From a virus (Duplodnaviria; Caudoviricetes): a stretch of DNA of 44,341 nucleotides. The translations under genes were made by a program, and so were the position numbers. The notes under the pieces were generated by a model. It did not search any database. It saw only the letters and a program-made list of their open reading frames with translations, and was not told the origin of the DNA. Shown here piece by piece: positions 43,952-44,341 of this stretch; position 1 is the first letter of the stretch, and each line of letters opens with the position of its first letter. The stretch lies in IMG/VR virus record IMGVR_UViG_3300020467_001103, positions 1-44,341 of that record; one strand, given 5' to 3'.

Positions 43952-44341
43952 ACAATTTGTAAACATTGGTATTGAAGGAAACGACGGGACGGGTGATAGT
44001 ATCAGAGATGCCTTTAATAAGGTAAATGAAAACTTCACAGAACTGTATGCAGTATTTGGTCAAGGTGGACAAATAAGTTTTACTTCATTAAGTGATACTC
44101 CTAGCACATTAGGAGCAAACAAAATTCCAGTATCTAATTCGGCGGGCAACGCAATCACGATGCGTGGCATCACGGGAACAGGTATAGCAGTAGATTTAAC
44201 TTCTGATCCAAACAACATTCAACTATCAGTAACAGGAACATCTGTTGCTTCAGATACAACACCAGGATTAGGTGGACCATTAAATGCCAACAGTTACGCG
44301 ATTGCAAACGTAGGTATAACACAAAACGCAGTAAACGATTT
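43944..44341 (+). CDS. Baseplate/tail fibre protein with T4 gp9/gp10-like N-terminus (3' truncated)
   Basis: VNIGIEGNDGTGDSIRDAFNKVNENFTELY; open to window end. Confidence 0.8.
   Translation, partial: MAKQFVNIGIEGNDGTGDSIRDAFNKVNENFTELYAVFGQGGQISFTSLSDTPSTLGANKIPVSNSAGNAITMRGITGTGIAVDLTSDPNNIQLSVTGTSVASDTTPGLGGPLNANSYAIANVGITQNAVND

Noticed and set aside
99-44072. Most remaining short minus-strand and nested ORFs in the track
   Set aside because: Overlap well-supported + strand genes and lack recognisable motifs or SD; only 23733, 39103 and 43250 accepted on the minus strand
1-44341. Stop-codon reassignment as in some jumbo phages
   Set aside because: Known genes are full length in code 11, and TAA, TAG and TGA all end genes at sensible junctions

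Overview
This is an AT-rich, gene-dense, almost entirely + strand segment of a large T4-like/jumbo-type tailed phage genome. The host is most likely a marine alphaproteobacterium, inferred from the permuted tmRNA with a GGCAGUA T-loop, the ROSE-like leader, hemO-pcyX, DUF3553 and an RT0821-like lipoprotein. Core content: putative head-internal proteins with T4-like capsid-targeting N-termini, tail/baseplate proteins, class Ia RNR (nrdA, nrdB, glutaredoxin), ATP-dependent DNA ligase, a PD-(D/E)XK nuclease and an AAA ATPase. The auxiliary set is unusually rich: a two-piece tmRNA, bS21, CspA, Hsp20, ClpS, heme oxygenase plus PcyX-type bilin reductase, Fe-S factors (NfuA-like, SufE, IscA), NadA, a lysine-6-dehydrogenase/ALDH7 pair, QueD, UvsE and Fe/Mn SOD. 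Signals hidden from the ORF track: two A9G sites in identical phase that each open a -1 frame C-terminal extension, a ROSE-like thermometer before hsp20, a candidate pseudoknot leader before queD, a late-promoter SOD with a capsid-targeting-like tag, and many apparently leaderless genes. All calls come from reading motifs by eye; no database searches were run.
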